From assembly GCF_036321535.1 (NCBI RefSeq), contig NC_087436.1, forward strand, positions 101,620,001 to 101,684,000: a stretch of 64,000 nt of DNA. The letters run 5' to 3'. Position 1 is the first letter of the stretch, and the number at the start of each line of letters is the position of its first letter. Shown here in pieces: positions 27,111 through 41,810 of the stretch. Origin of the DNA: Camelus dromedarius. Taxonomy: Eukaryota. The notes beneath the pieces were generated by a model. That model was not told the DNA's origin. It was given only the letters and a program-made list of their open reading frames with translations, and searched no databases. Both the position numbers and the translations under genes were made by a program.

Positions 27111-27922
27111 TGTTAAAAATTAAGAAATATCTGCCAGTAATTCCTACTCATATTTGGTCTTTGACCCTAGTTTCGGACACGGAGCTCCTAAATCCCACGG
27201 ACTTTCTGGATGATTAGAGCATCTTTGTCTTAATGAGGTGACTCATGGTGGCTTCTGAATAGTGGAGCGATTCACCACTAGAAAGACCAGCCATGTTTAG
27301 AAACTTAGAACTTTTCAGCCCTAGCCCTCATCTTCCAGAGAGGGGTAGAGGGCTGGAAAAAGATTTAATAATTGATCATGCCTATGTGATGAAATCGTCA
27401 TTAAAATCCCTGAAGTGCAGGCTTTGGAGAGCTTCTGTTGCTGATTGTCTAGAGGGTGGCACATTTCAGCTCCAAGGAAAAAGAGGCTCTGGATGTCACC
27501 CTACGTATCTCTTCATTTGGCTGTTCATTTGTGTCTTTAAAATATCCTGTGTAATACATTAGCAATTGTATGTAAACCATTTCCCTGTGTTCTGTGATCT
27601 ACTCTATAGCAAATTATTGAACCCGCGTTGGGAGATGTGGAAACATGCGCTTTTTACCCACGTCTGACAGAACCTATGGGTAAGATGAGGACTTACTGTT
27701 TGTGATTAAGTCTGGAGTGGGGGCAATCTTTTGGGATGGGGGCTTTTAATCTGTGGAGTTTGCCTGTGCTAACTGTGGTTAGTGTCAGAATTGAATTGAA
27801 TTGTAGGGTATCCGGCTAGTGTTGGAGAATTAGTCTGTGTGGGAAAACCCTACATCTCTGGTGTCAAAAGTGTTGTGTGTGACAGTAAAGGAAAACAGTG
27901 AGTAACAGGTTTTTCCTAAGAC
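27111..27922 (+). mobile_element. LTR element (MER21-like)
   Basis: 'tggtctttgaccctagtttc..gagctcctaaatccc', 'tagtgtcagaattgaattgaattgtagg'; TG..CA ends approximate. Confidence 0.55.
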
Positions 27923-28184
27923 AATACCCCATTCATTTCCGAATAATCCCTCCCATAGATTTTTATTAACATCCAAATTGGTTGTTCTCCTACTAGTTTC
28001 ATTTCTCTTCTAACTCATCATATGAAAGTCATCATATCAGACTTCCTAAATCCAAATTCGAACCCCATGACTCTCCTCCCCTCCAAATTTTTATGAAAGT
28101 CCTCATGTATTAAATAGGCACAGTTACTTTATGATCTGACCCCTGCATTCTGCAGGCTTTTAGTCCTTATCAGAGTGAGCTATA

Positions 28185-28579
28185 AGCTCCCTCATGGCCT
28201 AGAGAATTTGTTCAAACACTGGCTGAGACTTCACCAAATTTAGCCTGGCCTCCACCTGCACTAGTCTGTGTCCCTAAAGATGACCCCAGCCCCAATGCTG
28301 AGTTTTTGCTCAAAATGATGCAATGCTGACAAACCACCAAATGCACATTGTCCCAACCCCCATCGCCAAACCATCTGCACTAATTTTCCATTATCACCCC
28401 TCTGTAATTTTCCATTTTCCCTGTAACCTCTTTTGTGGCCTCTTATGTTTTCCCTCAAGTCACCTTGTCTTGGTTGAGCTGAGCTCATATTATAGCGGAA
28501 TCTCTCTCCTACTGCAGTGGTTTGAATGAAATCTACCCTGCCACCTTTCACAAATGCCCAGTGCAATTTTTCTTTAACA
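28185..28579 (+). mobile_element. ERV1-type LTR fragment
   Basis: Ends 'tgaatgaaatct...aatgcccagtgcaattttttctttaaca', a typical ERV1 LTR 3' end. Confidence 0.45.
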
Positions 28580-28944
28580 TCGGATGTATAGCTGGTTGAG
28601 TGACATTCCCAGCAGTTCTCTGAACACAGTATGCCTTCTGTACCCATGATGCGTATTCTGCCTGGAAAAGCTTTTTCTCCAAATCCACATGTCCAAATTC
28701 TTGTTCACCTTTGAAGATCAGATCAAGTGCAACTCCTTGTCATGGCATTACTGCTTCGTTGTTTATGTTTAATGATGAATTCTATTAGCCTCCCAAGTGC
28801 ATGAAAGCCTGTACTTTCTCCTTCTGCCCCTCTGTGGTTAGGAGAGTTCCTGTGACTATTTGAGGGCAGGCAAGGTCCACAAAAGAGACTGTGCCTTTTC
28901 TGGGGCAGATTATTTAGCAACCACTCAATAATTTCTACAGTTTG

Positions 28945-28948
28945 TTTC

Positions 28949-29030
<82 letters not shown>

Positions 29031-29036
29031 CTCTCC

Positions 29037-29115
<79 letters not shown>

Positions 29116-29185
29116 TCCTTTCTTTCTTTTCTCTCTCTCTCTTTCTTTCTTCTCTCTATTTCTTTTCTCTCTCTCTCTCTTTCTT
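28945..29185. repeat. Long (TTTC)n/(TC)n polypyrimidine microsatellite
   Basis: Direct observation; explains the KKER/FFLS ORFs. Confidence 0.97.
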
Positions 29186-30427
29186 GCTTGCTTGCTACCA
29201 CTGGCAATGGTGCTAAGGGTAAGTTTTCTGTAAGCCTGGGTCCTGAAATTGGATTAAAAATAGCTCCCAGCTGGCCCTCAGGGAAAATGAGAGGCATTGT
29301 TGTTTTATATAACTTAGATTTTAAGTAATTTGTTACCACAATACAATCTAGCTTAACATAATGTTTATTTTACTGTATCCCTCTTAGATGACTTAAATTA
29401 TCTAATATAAATTATATTTATTTATGTATTTATAAGGTTTTTCCTAGTAGACTAGAAAGCTTTAATGATAGAATTTCCTTTTAAGAATACTTTACAAACA
29501 GTAAGCATTTAATAGATATCTTGCTTCTTACTCATGATTACAAAAATAAATAAATGAATTAATATACAACTAGATGACCACTTTCTTGTATCTGTATTTT
29601 CAGTCTAGAATTGCACTTTATAAATGAGTACTTTGGATTGAATAATCCTGTATCCTCTCACTGAAGCAGCTGTACATTTTGCTTCCTAAGAGATTCTTTG
29701 TACTGTAAAGGGCACGGGCAAATCATTATCGATATACCCATAAGTTTTTTTGTACAACATTTCCGAGATGTGTTGGCTGGTACAGGATTGGCCTTGATTA
29801 TACTTGGAATGAAAGCACCCATACAGATTTAGAAATTGCTGACACAGTAACACCGGCTTATATATCTATAACCAGTCTGTTTCCAATTTTACAGGAAGGT
29901 CTAGTTGGCAGTGTTAGCATTTTTCAAAAGTTGAAAGCAACAGGAAATAACCTTAGGCTTAATAAGCTTGTTTTGCTAACAATGAGATTTTTTCCTTTGA
30001 AAAGTATTGATTCATTTCTACATTCCATCATAGATAGCATTGTCAGAATTGTTTACTGTTTGAAAATGGAATCAACACTCGATAACTGACATTAAAGTAG
30101 AGGGGGCATTGCTATAGATAATTCAAATACGCAGAGAATTATCCAATCAATTACTTCTTATTTGTGAATATATATTTTTCTTGATATATACATATAGATA
30201 TATATACACATATATATATTTAAATCAACCATTTTTCAACAAAATGACCCACTTACAATAAAATCTGACTATCTGTTAAAAGCTACCTTTTTTTTTCACA
30301 CTAGTTTCAGAAGATTGGCTGCCTCAAATAGTTTACTTGAATAGTTTTGTTATTGAATGGTTACAAAACTCAGCTGGTCCTTACAGGAAGAAGAGCTATA
30401 GTATAGACAATGAGAAATGGATGAGGG

Positions 30428-30762
30428 GAAAAAAAAAAAAAAGAAAAAGACAAATGAACATAAATACAAAACAGAAACAGACTCATAGACATAGAATACA
30501 AACTTGAAGGGGGATGGGAAGGGACAGACTGAGAGTTTGAAATTTGTATACACTGACACGTATATATAGAATAGATAAACAAGATTATACTGTATAGCAC
30601 AGGGAAATATATACAAGATCTTGTGATAGCTCACAGTGAAAAAGTATGCGACAATGAGTATATGTATGTTCATGTATAACTGAAAAACTGTGCTCTACAC
30701 TGGAAATTGACACAACATTGTAAACTGACCTATAACTCAAAATAAAATTAAAAAAAAAAAAG
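30428..30762 (+). mobile_element. 5'-truncated L1 3' UTR
   Basis: Homologous to 100-400; A tail; approximate TSD agaaatggatgagg / agaagtgaatgagg. Confidence 0.88.
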
Positions 30763-33700
30763 AAGTGAATGAGGTAACTGTTCTCTAGCTTTCTCTTTGT
30801 CACCAAATATACTTCAGCTTTTCATGTTTTCCTCCATGCCTCCAAAAAATCTTACTTTGTGTACTTAACTAAATACCAATGTTCTCAAAATGAATCAGTG
30901 AAAAACATTTATCAAGAACTCACTTTAATGTTTTATTAAATCTAAATGTGCTAATATTGGAATTAATTTCAGTGAGACACTGGGAGCACATTTTATTTAT
31001 AAACAAACACATATATTTGTTTATAAATGAATATATATATTTACATGTGGGGCTTTCTCTCTAGATATTGAGCATTGTAGTATGAAAAAATTCTGAATGA
31101 ACAGAATATCATGGAAATGGACAATCATTTGGAGACTTCAAATAGGTTTATATTTCTAAGAAACTAACATGAGAAACATAGTAGTAATGGCAATGTCTCT
31201 AATGTCATGAAGAGCATCCATGATACATTCTTGCTTATGCCTTTTTCCAGCTGAAATTTATCATGTTCAGCCAGAACCAGAGTTAGTGACTCACCGACAT
31301 AAGCACAGAAGGTCTGAAACAAAGCAAATATTTTTGAGACTTCAAAGAAGCTAACTTTATACTATGCAAAGTAGCTCAGGGCGATGTCCTGAACTGTATA
31401 ATTAGTCAATGAATGTTTATTTTGATAGAATAATGACTGTATCCATTTGCTGGAACACTTGAAAGCAGTGCTCAGTGAGAAAGCTGTTGAATTCTATTGC
31501 AACACATACTCTATTCTCCTTAATAATGATATCTGAATTAAAACCTCATGAGAAAGTCTTTTTTTTTTTTAAGTCTAAGCTTCCCTTGAATTGCAAATTA
31601 TTACTTTTCTCAACATAACTATGATGGTCGCTTTCCATTTCTGCTGTGAAACAGCAGTTTCCAATGCCAAATTGACATATAAGAACATTGTAGAAACCTA
31701 CCACAGGTCTTGCAGAAAACTAGTATAGATTTGTTCAGTAGGTATTATAGAGGAATTATAAAGATCCCCTTAGAACACTGAAAATTCCTGGCAAATCTCC
31801 CTTATATTGATGAATTTTGACCCATTACTCTCTTGAATGGGAAGAAAGCTGCCCCCATTGTCTTTTTTTTTTTTTTTTACCTCCCATCCTATAAACTGGA
31901 AACCTACAAGCATGCTCACTAGACTCAGAATAACTTACCTTTCCATTGAAAAATGCCTGCACTGCTACTGGAGTTACCGAATGCTACCATTAAACGCAAT
32001 GCCGATACGGCTAAAATCCTTCTCAAACAATTTCAGCTATTTTCACTCTTCACAGGATACAGAGATTTTGCCTCTGCTGTCTTGGCTCCTTTCTACAGCA
32101 CCATTCCATCAAAGGCAGAGATTTCCACGTATTAAACAAGTAAAATCAGGTATGCAAATGTCCCCCAAAGTTTTCCAGTGAAACGACGTATCTTCTTGAA
32201 CCAAAACTGGTGAGCATTTGCTATGTAACACAACACTCTAATCCTTAGTGACTTAAAATAACTACTATTCTAAGAGGGAGGAAATTTGGAGGGGAGGATG
32301 TGGGAACAGCTAGGCATGTCTTCTAATGTTTGCTGGGCTGGGTGGGCTGGGTGCGGGCTGGTCTAGCTTGGCCTCTGCTTCAAGAGGACGCTCATCCTCC
32401 AGCTTGCTTGTGCAAGCTTGTTTCCACGGCAGCAACTCAGGTTTCCAAGATACTGAGCAGAAGCATGTAAGTCGTTTTGAGTCCTAGGAAGCAGCGTGGC
32501 ATTACTTCCTTTAAATTCTATTGACCAAAGTAAAGCACACGGCCAACCCAAATTCAGGCGGAGGAGAAATAGACTCTGCATGGGAGAAACTTTAAAGTCA
32601 GATTCTAAAGGGTGTAGCTACAGAGAAGAATAAAGAATTTGGGCCATTATATTGTAATTTACAGAAACTCTCGCATCTCTAAAGGATACTCTCAATATGA
32701 AAAGTAACAAAGCATTCAAATTTAATATGAAAAGTGCCAAAGCACTAAAAAATAAGAGCTGCCCAGAGTGTGGGCTCAGCTCTGAAATCACTGAAAACGA
32801 TTGTTGGCATTCTGACTCTGTAAGTTGTGTTATGTGGCTTTGGCCAACAATCCCACAAAGATTTTGTTTTCCTCTTAAACAAATAGAAAATTCATACCTG
32901 ATCCGATCTGAGTCTGTGAAAACGTCTAGGCTTGTGGGAAGGGATAGTTTATAAGAGCTATCATAAAAATTAGAAGTCCCTGACAAGGATACTTTTAGTC
33001 TACACGGTGAAATAGAAGTTAAATTTAGAAAATAAATTATTGATGATAAATAGTGCTTGCTATAGAAATGTCCAGCAAAAGCAGCTGGCAGTGTGGTGGA
33101 AGTTGCTTTTTAAAGTGAGGACCAGACCCTGAGACTTCCTGTTGTGTCAGCTTCTTGTTTCGTGTGCCCTGTTTCACCCTTAGATCTCATTTAGGTGAGC
33201 TCGTAAGTTCCCATTTCACTACCAGGAATAATCATTACAATGTAAAAATATTTGGTTAGTGATTTACCATCCTGCCCATGGAAAGTATAGTACTGTGAAA
33301 CTCAAGTTTGATTTTTGCAAAAATCTGTTAACTTTCATGATATTTTCTTGAAAAGCATTAAAAAAAGTGAGACATAACATGGACAAAACTTATCAGAAGT
33401 TCTGAAACAAGAGGAGTTACCCTAATGTGATACATATTTTTCAAATGTAAATCATTCCTAGATCAAATAGAAAGATTGAAGAATACTTAGATGTTTACAA
33501 ACTCTTTCTTTTTAATGGGGAGGAAATAAAGATTCAGAAAAGAAGCCGAGTTGGTCATGTACAAGCTGGCCTGTTGACAAGGCTGATTTCCAGTGTAAAG
33601 TCCTTCTACTATTACCTTCTGCAAGATATATTTTCATACATATGAAACTGCATGATCTGCTTCCAAGATCTGTGCATGTGTGTACATGTGCCTGCTTGTG

Positions 33701-36700
33701 TGTGTCTGTATGTGTGTGTTTGTGTGGTATGAGTTTTAAAAGAATATAAATTAGATTTTAAAAATTGACCACACATTACTCCAACATTCTAAGTTCCTCA
33801 TGTTAAGAAAATAAGAAACTTAGGGAGCATAAGTAATAGGTTGAAAACATCCAGTGAAACAGTAAACTTATAACCTCATTTGAATGGCTCCCAGGACACT
33901 AGAGTGCATCACAAAATTTATGTTACTGTACAGCGTGGAAAAAACCAAGATAAATTTTTTTTTTTTTTTTTTTTTTTAGTTTAAATTCTTACTACTTCAA
34001 GGCCAGTGGGAGATGTGAGTACTAGATAATCTTTAGTCTACCTCTGATTCATCTCCAATACAAAGACATCATTTATATGCCAAAAATATCAGATAGTGCC
34101 ATCTTCCATGTGATTTTGCTTCTGTTTTGCACAGACTAATATTTTGCTGATTACAAATTTCACTAGCTGAATACATTTCCCATTAGTTTCTAATACATTG
34201 ATGAAAATAATTGCCCTGTGGTTCCAGCATCAGTGGCTTTTTACCAAACAAGAGTTTCCACTGAGAAAAGTTACGGTTATTACCTTAGAAGAGATATGTT
34301 ATTTTATTTTTCCGACAACAGGAAGGCCTCTACAAGTCCAAAGTCACATACAATTATATACTACAGAGCAGAATAATAGAACACTGTACTAGGATAAATT
34401 TTGTACCCACTTAATTGAAACACTTGCCAAGGAGCTGGGTGAGAGCAATGTATTTCAATCACTCCAAACAATGGATAAATGAGACACATTCCTTCTAAAT
34501 GACACATTTTAGCTGTCTGGAAGCTTATTCACAGTTGTGCGTGGTAACATAAGTGTGCTACTCTGTTCCTTACAATTGATCCATTTCAAGCTGTGCTTTG
34601 GAGCTGTTTATTCCAAGAGCCTTCTTGATATTAAGGAAAAAAGAAAATATTTTTAGATGTAGTGCTAAATGTTTTTAGATATAGACCAATATTTTCCCAC
34701 TCCCTCTAGGATATATATGTGAGTATATTTGTATCCTGGTCTTTTTCTCTGTATCTTTCTGTCTCTCTGTCTCTCTGTCTCTCTCTCCACACACACACAC
34801 ATACATTTGTGTGTGTGTATACATACACACACACATATGTAGTGAAAAACATGAATACATTTTCTTAATTTTTCACATTAAGCCAAGTTGGCCTAAATTA
34901 AATATTTGTATTGTACTCTTCAGCTCAGCATTTGTTTCTTTACTAAACTAGAATATAAATGATAGGCCTATGCTAGTAATTCAAAGAACAAAGACTATGC
35001 ATTTATTTCAACAGCAATATTACTAAATAACTCTTTCAATATTTCTGAAAAAAAAAAAAAACCTGACAAAAGAGAAACAAAGAAAACATAATTCACTCCT
35101 GAAGAAAACCAAAATAAAAATAATGGAGAATAGAGGCTGAGAACACTTGTTTTAATGAGTTACAGGCAGAGTGGCTATACAATTTATCACCCTAACCATG
35201 ACTTTGAGAAAGAAAGAGGGTATTATTAATAACTAAGCCAGAACCACAGGATTTTCCCAGGTACACCAGGCTGTATGGTTTCTCTGGTCATCCTAGTTAT
35301 AGGTAATCAATCATAGATATCTTTTTAAAATGATATTACATTGTTCAATCCTTCTTATATTTTATCTATAATTTCACAATTATTATAAGACAAAAGGTTG
35401 AGATTAATATATGATCTACAGGATGGCAAAATTTACCACAAGAAAACAATATAAAACTTATTTTCTCTAAGTCTTGCAGTCTGAATGCTCTCAGGAAGTC
35501 TCTAGATCTTAAAATGCCCCACAGATTAATGTAGACTAGGTTTATGTCTCTAGATTGTAAAGAGAATCACGTCTGAAAAAAATGACTATTCCATAAGGGA
35601 TTAGGAATGTCTCACAGGCATTTTAAAACGTTTTTCCTGGCTTAAAACAAAAAACAAAAAAACAAAAAACTCTCCATCTTCTCTTTAAATTTGGCAGGAT
35701 GCAAATGAAGTACTCACCTGTATATGGAGGGTGGGAAACTGTACCTGTTGACATCTTCTGAAATCTATTCTCTAAACCTGCTCTTGTCCCCAAACAGGTT
35801 GGAGAAAGCTCTTCTCTAGTATGAGTACACATTATATGTTTATTTGTTTGTTTTTAGAAATCAAGAAATCATACCATTCATGTGAGAAATCTGATTACTC
35901 TTTTTGAAATTAGTGCCTATAATAATTCTGTGCAACTGGTGTTGTGTTCTTGTGACTTGTTTCTGTGGCCACGTCCTGGGGAGGGAGACCACCTCCTCTG
36001 GGATGAGTGGAGAACAAGAGCAACCCGAACAGAAGCAAGCGAATCAAGTAAGTAGCGCTTTTGTCTGATGCCATGTTGTTGCATGAAGATAAACTGAACC
36101 TCAATTACTGAAGCTGGGGATTGGGGGTATGGGTGAAACACGGTGTCAGAGATTCAGCTCACAGTGGAGCGTGAAAAGAGTGGAGGGAAGAGTGTCTGAA
36201 TAATGATGGCAAGTCTTGCTGATTAAGCTCCCTAGTTTGGAGAGCCTAAGCCCAAACACTGAATTTATGCACAGGGGCCCTAGGATTTTGAGGGGTCGCA
36301 TAAATGTTTCTAGAGAGAGGATTACAGAAGGGGCTCAGGAGGTAAGCTTTTATGATTTGATGTGTCCTTGGACACCGCTCTTAACTGTGGGGAGAGAGAG
36401 CAGAATTAAATGTTGGCTACCTTCCTGGTAGCCTGCAATCAACACTTAAGTATCCAAACAACCTCCCAGAAGATGGGCATCAGGAAGATTAGGAGGCTAG
36501 CTTCTAACATTTACTGCCTTTTCCCCTCAAAATCTGGAACTTTCCTTGCCTAACCTAATTCTTGAAGGTCCAAAAAGAAAAAAAAAACAAAAAAACAAAA
36601 TCCTTCTTGCCTTGTGTGTTGGGATTGTGCAGGTGGGAGGTGATAGGGCAATCAAAGGTGTGATACAGACTACACACTGCACTGTAGCTGATTTTCACCA

Positions 36701-37404
36701 CGTGTGTCACTATCCATCACTGGACATACATTTTCCCTGCCTAGGGTTTCTGAAGTTCAGAAGCTAACTGCAGTATAGTCCAAGAAGCCTTTCTGTGGGC
36801 AGCCTTTTTTTAAAAAAAAAAAATACTCAAGTATTTCTACATAACTTTTACACATAACATTTCTACTGGGGATTGTACACACCAAATATTAATGTTATGT
36901 TATTATAAGAACAGATACTAAAACAAGTTAACTCAGGACCCACACTTTACTCAGTTTCGTGCATATTATTTAACATGTATTATGATGCTCTATATTATAG
37001 ACATTATGAAAAACAGAGAGGGTATGAAATTGTCAAGGCCCTCAGATAGATCATGAAATTTTCTATATTCCCTTGATCTAGATACAGTTTCCCTTATAGT
37101 TAGTACTTGGGATTATGTGAAAATTTGGACTACTACATGGTTCTATTATCTTCAATTTAATATATAAAATCTGCTAGTTAAATAAAACACACACACCTGC
37201 CCAAAAATAGTTTGGCAAGAAGTAGATCAACTAAGTCAAAATTTTTAGTCTCTGTCAGGGTGCTTTAGTTGTTAATTCTTATGGAAAATAGTCCTCTGAA
37301 AACTAGATTTGACATTAAATTTTTTTTTTCTGCCAAATTAAATCAAACCATAGCATTTTCTGCAAGCATTACTCCAAACTTACTTCAAAATGAGACTTTG
37401 TAAG

Positions 37405-37685
37405 CTTACCAGGGGAAAGGGGAGGGGAGGGATAAGTTGGGAGTTTGAGATTTGTAAATGCCAATAACTGTATATAAAGTAGGTAAACTAGCTAAACAAC
37501 AAGGTCCTACTGCACAGCACAGGGAACTATATTCAATACCTTGTAATAGCCTATAATGAAAAAGAAGATGAAAAGGGATATATATATACATATATGTGAA
37601 TAAATGAATCACTGTGCTGGACACCTGAAATTAATACAACATTGTAAATCGACTCTACTTCAATTTAAAAAAAATTAAAAAAAGA
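37405..37685 (+). mobile_element. 5'-truncated L1 3' UTR
   Basis: 'ttaccaggggaaagggg...agcacagggaactatattcaata...acaacattgtaaatcgac' plus A tail. Confidence 0.85.
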
Positions 37686-40510
37686 AGACTTGGGACTTCT
37701 GCATCTCTCAAGTGATACTATGAAAAGGCAGAGAAAATGTAGTGTATATATTTCTCCAGGAAGTTCTTTACTAATGATCTATAGACTATGGACAATGGTG
37801 AGAACTCTCTTTTTAAATAAGGGGTCTGTATGAAAATCTGAAGAAAAGATGATCCTCATTAAAAAATTGGTAATTATGGTAAATCAGTTTCAAAATGTGT
37901 TATGATTTTTCTAATATTTCCTAACAATTAAAATCTACATTTGTATATCTTTCTATAAATCACTAAATCTGTACTGAAGAATAAATAGATAATATGGGAT
38001 TTCCCCCCAAAATTTCCATAGAGCTACTTATTGATAATATGGAATTTCCCCAGAAATTCTTTTAGAGCCACTTATATTTGCTATATTTCTGTGTTTTTAG
38101 ATAGAATTAATAATTATGATAACAATCATAGTAGGAGAATGGTAATAATAAGTGAATTGCTTCATTAAAAATAGTGATTATAACAACTTTTCTCCTCATA
38201 TTTGAAAAATGCTGTGGAGCACATTGTAAAGCTTCTCCCTAGAGCCAAGTTAGTAAAAGGTGAGGAAACTGTTACAGTTTCAAACTTTGCTTTATTCTAA
38301 GGGGTTAAGCTTAAGAAGCATTGCTCATCTATTGGTTTTCAAAAATATTAGTAGTCTCAACAATTAGTTTTAAGCCATATCCTTCCCTGATTTTTAAAAA
38401 TTTAAAATTTGGAGAATGAATTTACCTGAAACTAACATCTATCCAGTGGCGCTTCCTTGATCCTGTGTCTCATCTGACTCTTTGGCAACACTTATTCTTA
38501 GATTCAGTTATTTTAAAGATTATGAATGATTATTCTCACTTTATTAAGTTTAAGAAATTCTTCCTCCCAAATGCTTGCACACGTGTGCACGCACACACAT
38601 GTGCACACACACACGTGCACACAAACACATGCACACACAAACACACAGATGTGCATACATGGAGAATTTTACTGCAGTTCTAAGTGACGGCATTGCAATG
38701 AGAGAGAGACAACATCTATAACACAACAGTTTCTGCACAAACATGTGGAAAAAATGAATATTCCAAACTATGTATTTGTGTAATTAAAAAAATGGGCATT
38801 GGAGAAAATATAGACAGATTGCAATTAACTTAATATTTCTAAGTTGTATTTGGGAACTGTAAAAGGAAAAAAATATTGATAAGTTTGTTGTTATATAGAA
38901 ATGTTTAGACCACCAGTATCACCCTCAGGAAACCTAACTAATAATTGGGGTGGGGAGGAATATAAGTTGTGGGTCAAACAAGTTGATTTGCTCAACTTCA
39001 CAGGTTTAATCTATAATTATTGCTGTGTCTTTGGGAAAGTAAATTAGTACCTATAGATTTCCATTGTTTTTATAAAACTGGCTAATTTTCAGGATAAAAG
39101 GATAACATACACAAAGCAATATAATAGTATTCAGAACATCTAAATAACCAATATTATTGGTTACCACCTCTTAGATTCAATCTGAGATTTTCTAAAAACT
39201 CATTTTTTTCTGTAGTTTATAAAATCAGTCTTTGAATAAGATTATGTTTTGAATAAGTAAAATCAATAAACCCATGAGAAACATTAAGAATAGAAATGCA
39301 TTATTTCTTTAGTAAAAATACCAGTGTTGCAATTTATAGCTTACAAATCAGTTTCATGTATGAGATTTAACTTCATCTCATGACCAATACGGTGTTTTAT
39401 TATCACTTTTCAGTTGAGGAAATGGGCTAACAGCTTAAAGAGATTTTTTTTTTTCCCCTAGAATACTTGCAGAAGAGCTCAAATAACCAATAAATGACAG
39501 AGCTTTTACCTAAACTGAATGATCTGAATCCAAATACTATGCTGCTTATTCCAAAAGTTTTTTCCTCTTTCAAGTTTATGTTGAATATTAAGCTAGAATT
39601 CATCACTATATTTATAATCCTATTGGAATAAAATGGTAATTGCAATAAAGAACTTATGTCCTCAGGGTTCTGTGTCATGAGTTAATGTTTTGAGTAATTA
39701 ATATGTAACCACAGTTTTTCTTTATGTTTTTCATATGCTTCCTAGAGGTAAATTATAATCTAAACATTTGTATGATTTATGAGTGAACAGAGTGAATTAT
39801 CCATTTTGTGATTTTTTTTGGACTTCCCTTTGACCCAAAATAAATTACTTATCTGTCAATTTAGTTATGTTGACCCATAATGCTCATGTTTTTCTTGTAG
39901 AATGAGGGATATGAATTGCAACTCCAGGAGCTGTGAACTTGAAAATATTGACTCAACAAGTGACCTCTTTTCTAGGCACTGGAGACATAGCAGAAACACC
40001 AATACTATCCTTGCCCTCAGGGAGCTGATAGTCTAGTGGGGAGAGACAAACAAAAAGTATTTATATGTTGAGGGATGATCATGATATAGAAGAAAGAAGA
40101 AGCCAGGTCAGGGAAATAATGGGGATGGGGGAGATGTTATTATACTGTTACTTGGCGTGGGAAATCTGTGATCATCCAACATTGTGGAAGAGATCTATGG
40201 AAATTGAAGAAATTACCCAGTGGTTACCTAAGAGAGCATTCAAAGCAGAGGAAGCAGCATATGCCAAGGCCCTGAAGTAGAAGCACAGAGGGTATGCAAT
40301 GGGAACTTCCTGGAAGTTGGTGCACTCAGAGGACAGTGACAAAATCTCAGAGCGGTAGCACATGAGGTCAGAGAAGGTGTTGGAGGTCAGAAAAGGATAT
40401 TTTCTTTAACATTTCTTTAATATTTGAAAGAAGACTGAATAATGCACCAACCCCCCCCCCCCCCAATATCAAGGTCCTAATCCCTGGAACCCATGAATGT
40501 TGCTTTATAT

Positions 40511-40963
40511 TGTTACGGAAACGACAGGCCAGTCAAGAAACAAGCACCACTCGGAGGGTTGGAGTACTCAGATGTATTACGCCGGCGGGCTCAGAGGGGC
40601 TTCTGCTCTGAAGCTCTGAGCACCTTCACGATGTGCACATGAGGTTTTATAGGGTAAAGTACAAGCTTGGGGTATTTGGCCAATAGGCATGGAACAGCTT
40701 TAGCAGCATCATCATCACAAAAGTGGAGGCGGGGAGGCAGCAAACCAACATTCCAAAGCCAGATATGTATCTTTGAAAATCCAGCTGGCTAGCAAAAACA
40801 CATAAACAGCAAACCAACACTAATTAACCTAGATTTACAATTTAGTCCAGCAGAACTCAGATCAGTATTCCAATACTTAGACTTGTTAGCCCAGCCCAGC
40901 CTCTCCTTCACATTCCCAGACCTGTGAGTTATCTTGTTAGACCAGCCCGGTTTTTCCTTCACA
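40511..40963 (-). repeat. 3' LTR (453 bp)
   Basis: Direct repeat of 45245-45675; preceded on - by PPT. Confidence 0.97.
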
Positions 40964-40975
40964 TTCCTCCCTCTT
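40964..40975 (-). other. Polypurine tract AAGAGGGAGGAA
   Basis: Immediately upstream of the TG of the 3' LTR. Confidence 0.9.
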
Positions 40976-40990
40976 GATGCTTTCACAACT

Positions 40991-41810
40991 CTAGTTGGAG
41001 TAAGCATCATCACTTATCTGTTGCAGGGGCTCATAATTAGAGGCTAACATTTGAAGTTTTATAGCCTTTATCCACTCACTGACAAAGTGGGTCAGGAAGT
41101 TTAGGACACAGGGCCCAAACAGCAGAACTGCAAAAATCGGGAGCAAGGGACCTATGAACAGTGCCAGCCAGGAGGTCCAGCCCCAGGGGCCTGTCCATGG
41201 GCTCTTATTTAAAATACGTTTTCTCTTTTACTCGGTCTTGTAACTCTTGAACCATCTCCCCTACAATTTCTGATTGATTGACTGGCATAAAAACAGCACT
41301 CTTTGTTTTAGGAAGAGGCATAGTCCCCCCTCTTTGGCCGTGAGTAAGGTACAGATCCCTCCTGTTTTGTAAGACCACCTCTGCCAGAGAGTCAATCTGA
41401 TTTTGCAGAGTTCCCAGGGTTTCTGCTATTTGTTGGAGATCATGGCTGAATTCACCTGTAAGCTGAAAATACAGGATGGTACATGGACCATTTGTCACAC
41501 GGTTCCATGCAGGTGCATTGTACAGCCAAGTAGAGTGAGGGCATTAGTGTCAGTAACATCAGCCTTATGATTATCTTAGACATGATGCTGCAGTAATGGC
41601 ACTAATTATAACAAGATATAAAATAGCTATCAGGATTCTATGGCCTATGTTCCAGTCAGGGGGGGCAGTGCTTGCTAGCCCCACTGCTAATACGCAGACT
41701 AGTATAGCAAAGGAAAGAGGCAAGGGAGCACAAAAGAAATACATTTAACAGCTGCATTGAGCTTTCCTTGAGCTTCGGCCGTGCGTTGACTAGCCATCTT
41801 CCGGGTGTGG
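40991..41810 (-). pseudogene. env: env remnant (most of SU deleted; TM with immunosuppressive domain and membrane anchor)
   Basis: LQNQIDSLAEVVLQNRRDL (ISD); frameshifted cysteine region; WLALFIGPLLPIFAVLLFGPCVLNFL membrane span; TAG at 40991-40993. Confidence 0.85.

Noticed and set aside
28935..29339. KKER-rich and FFLS-rich ORFs
   Set aside because: Translation artefacts of the (TTTC)n microsatellite.
31837..32181. CpG-containing unique segment with ORFs
   Set aside because: No recognisable protein or convincing splice pair; conservation cannot be tested here.
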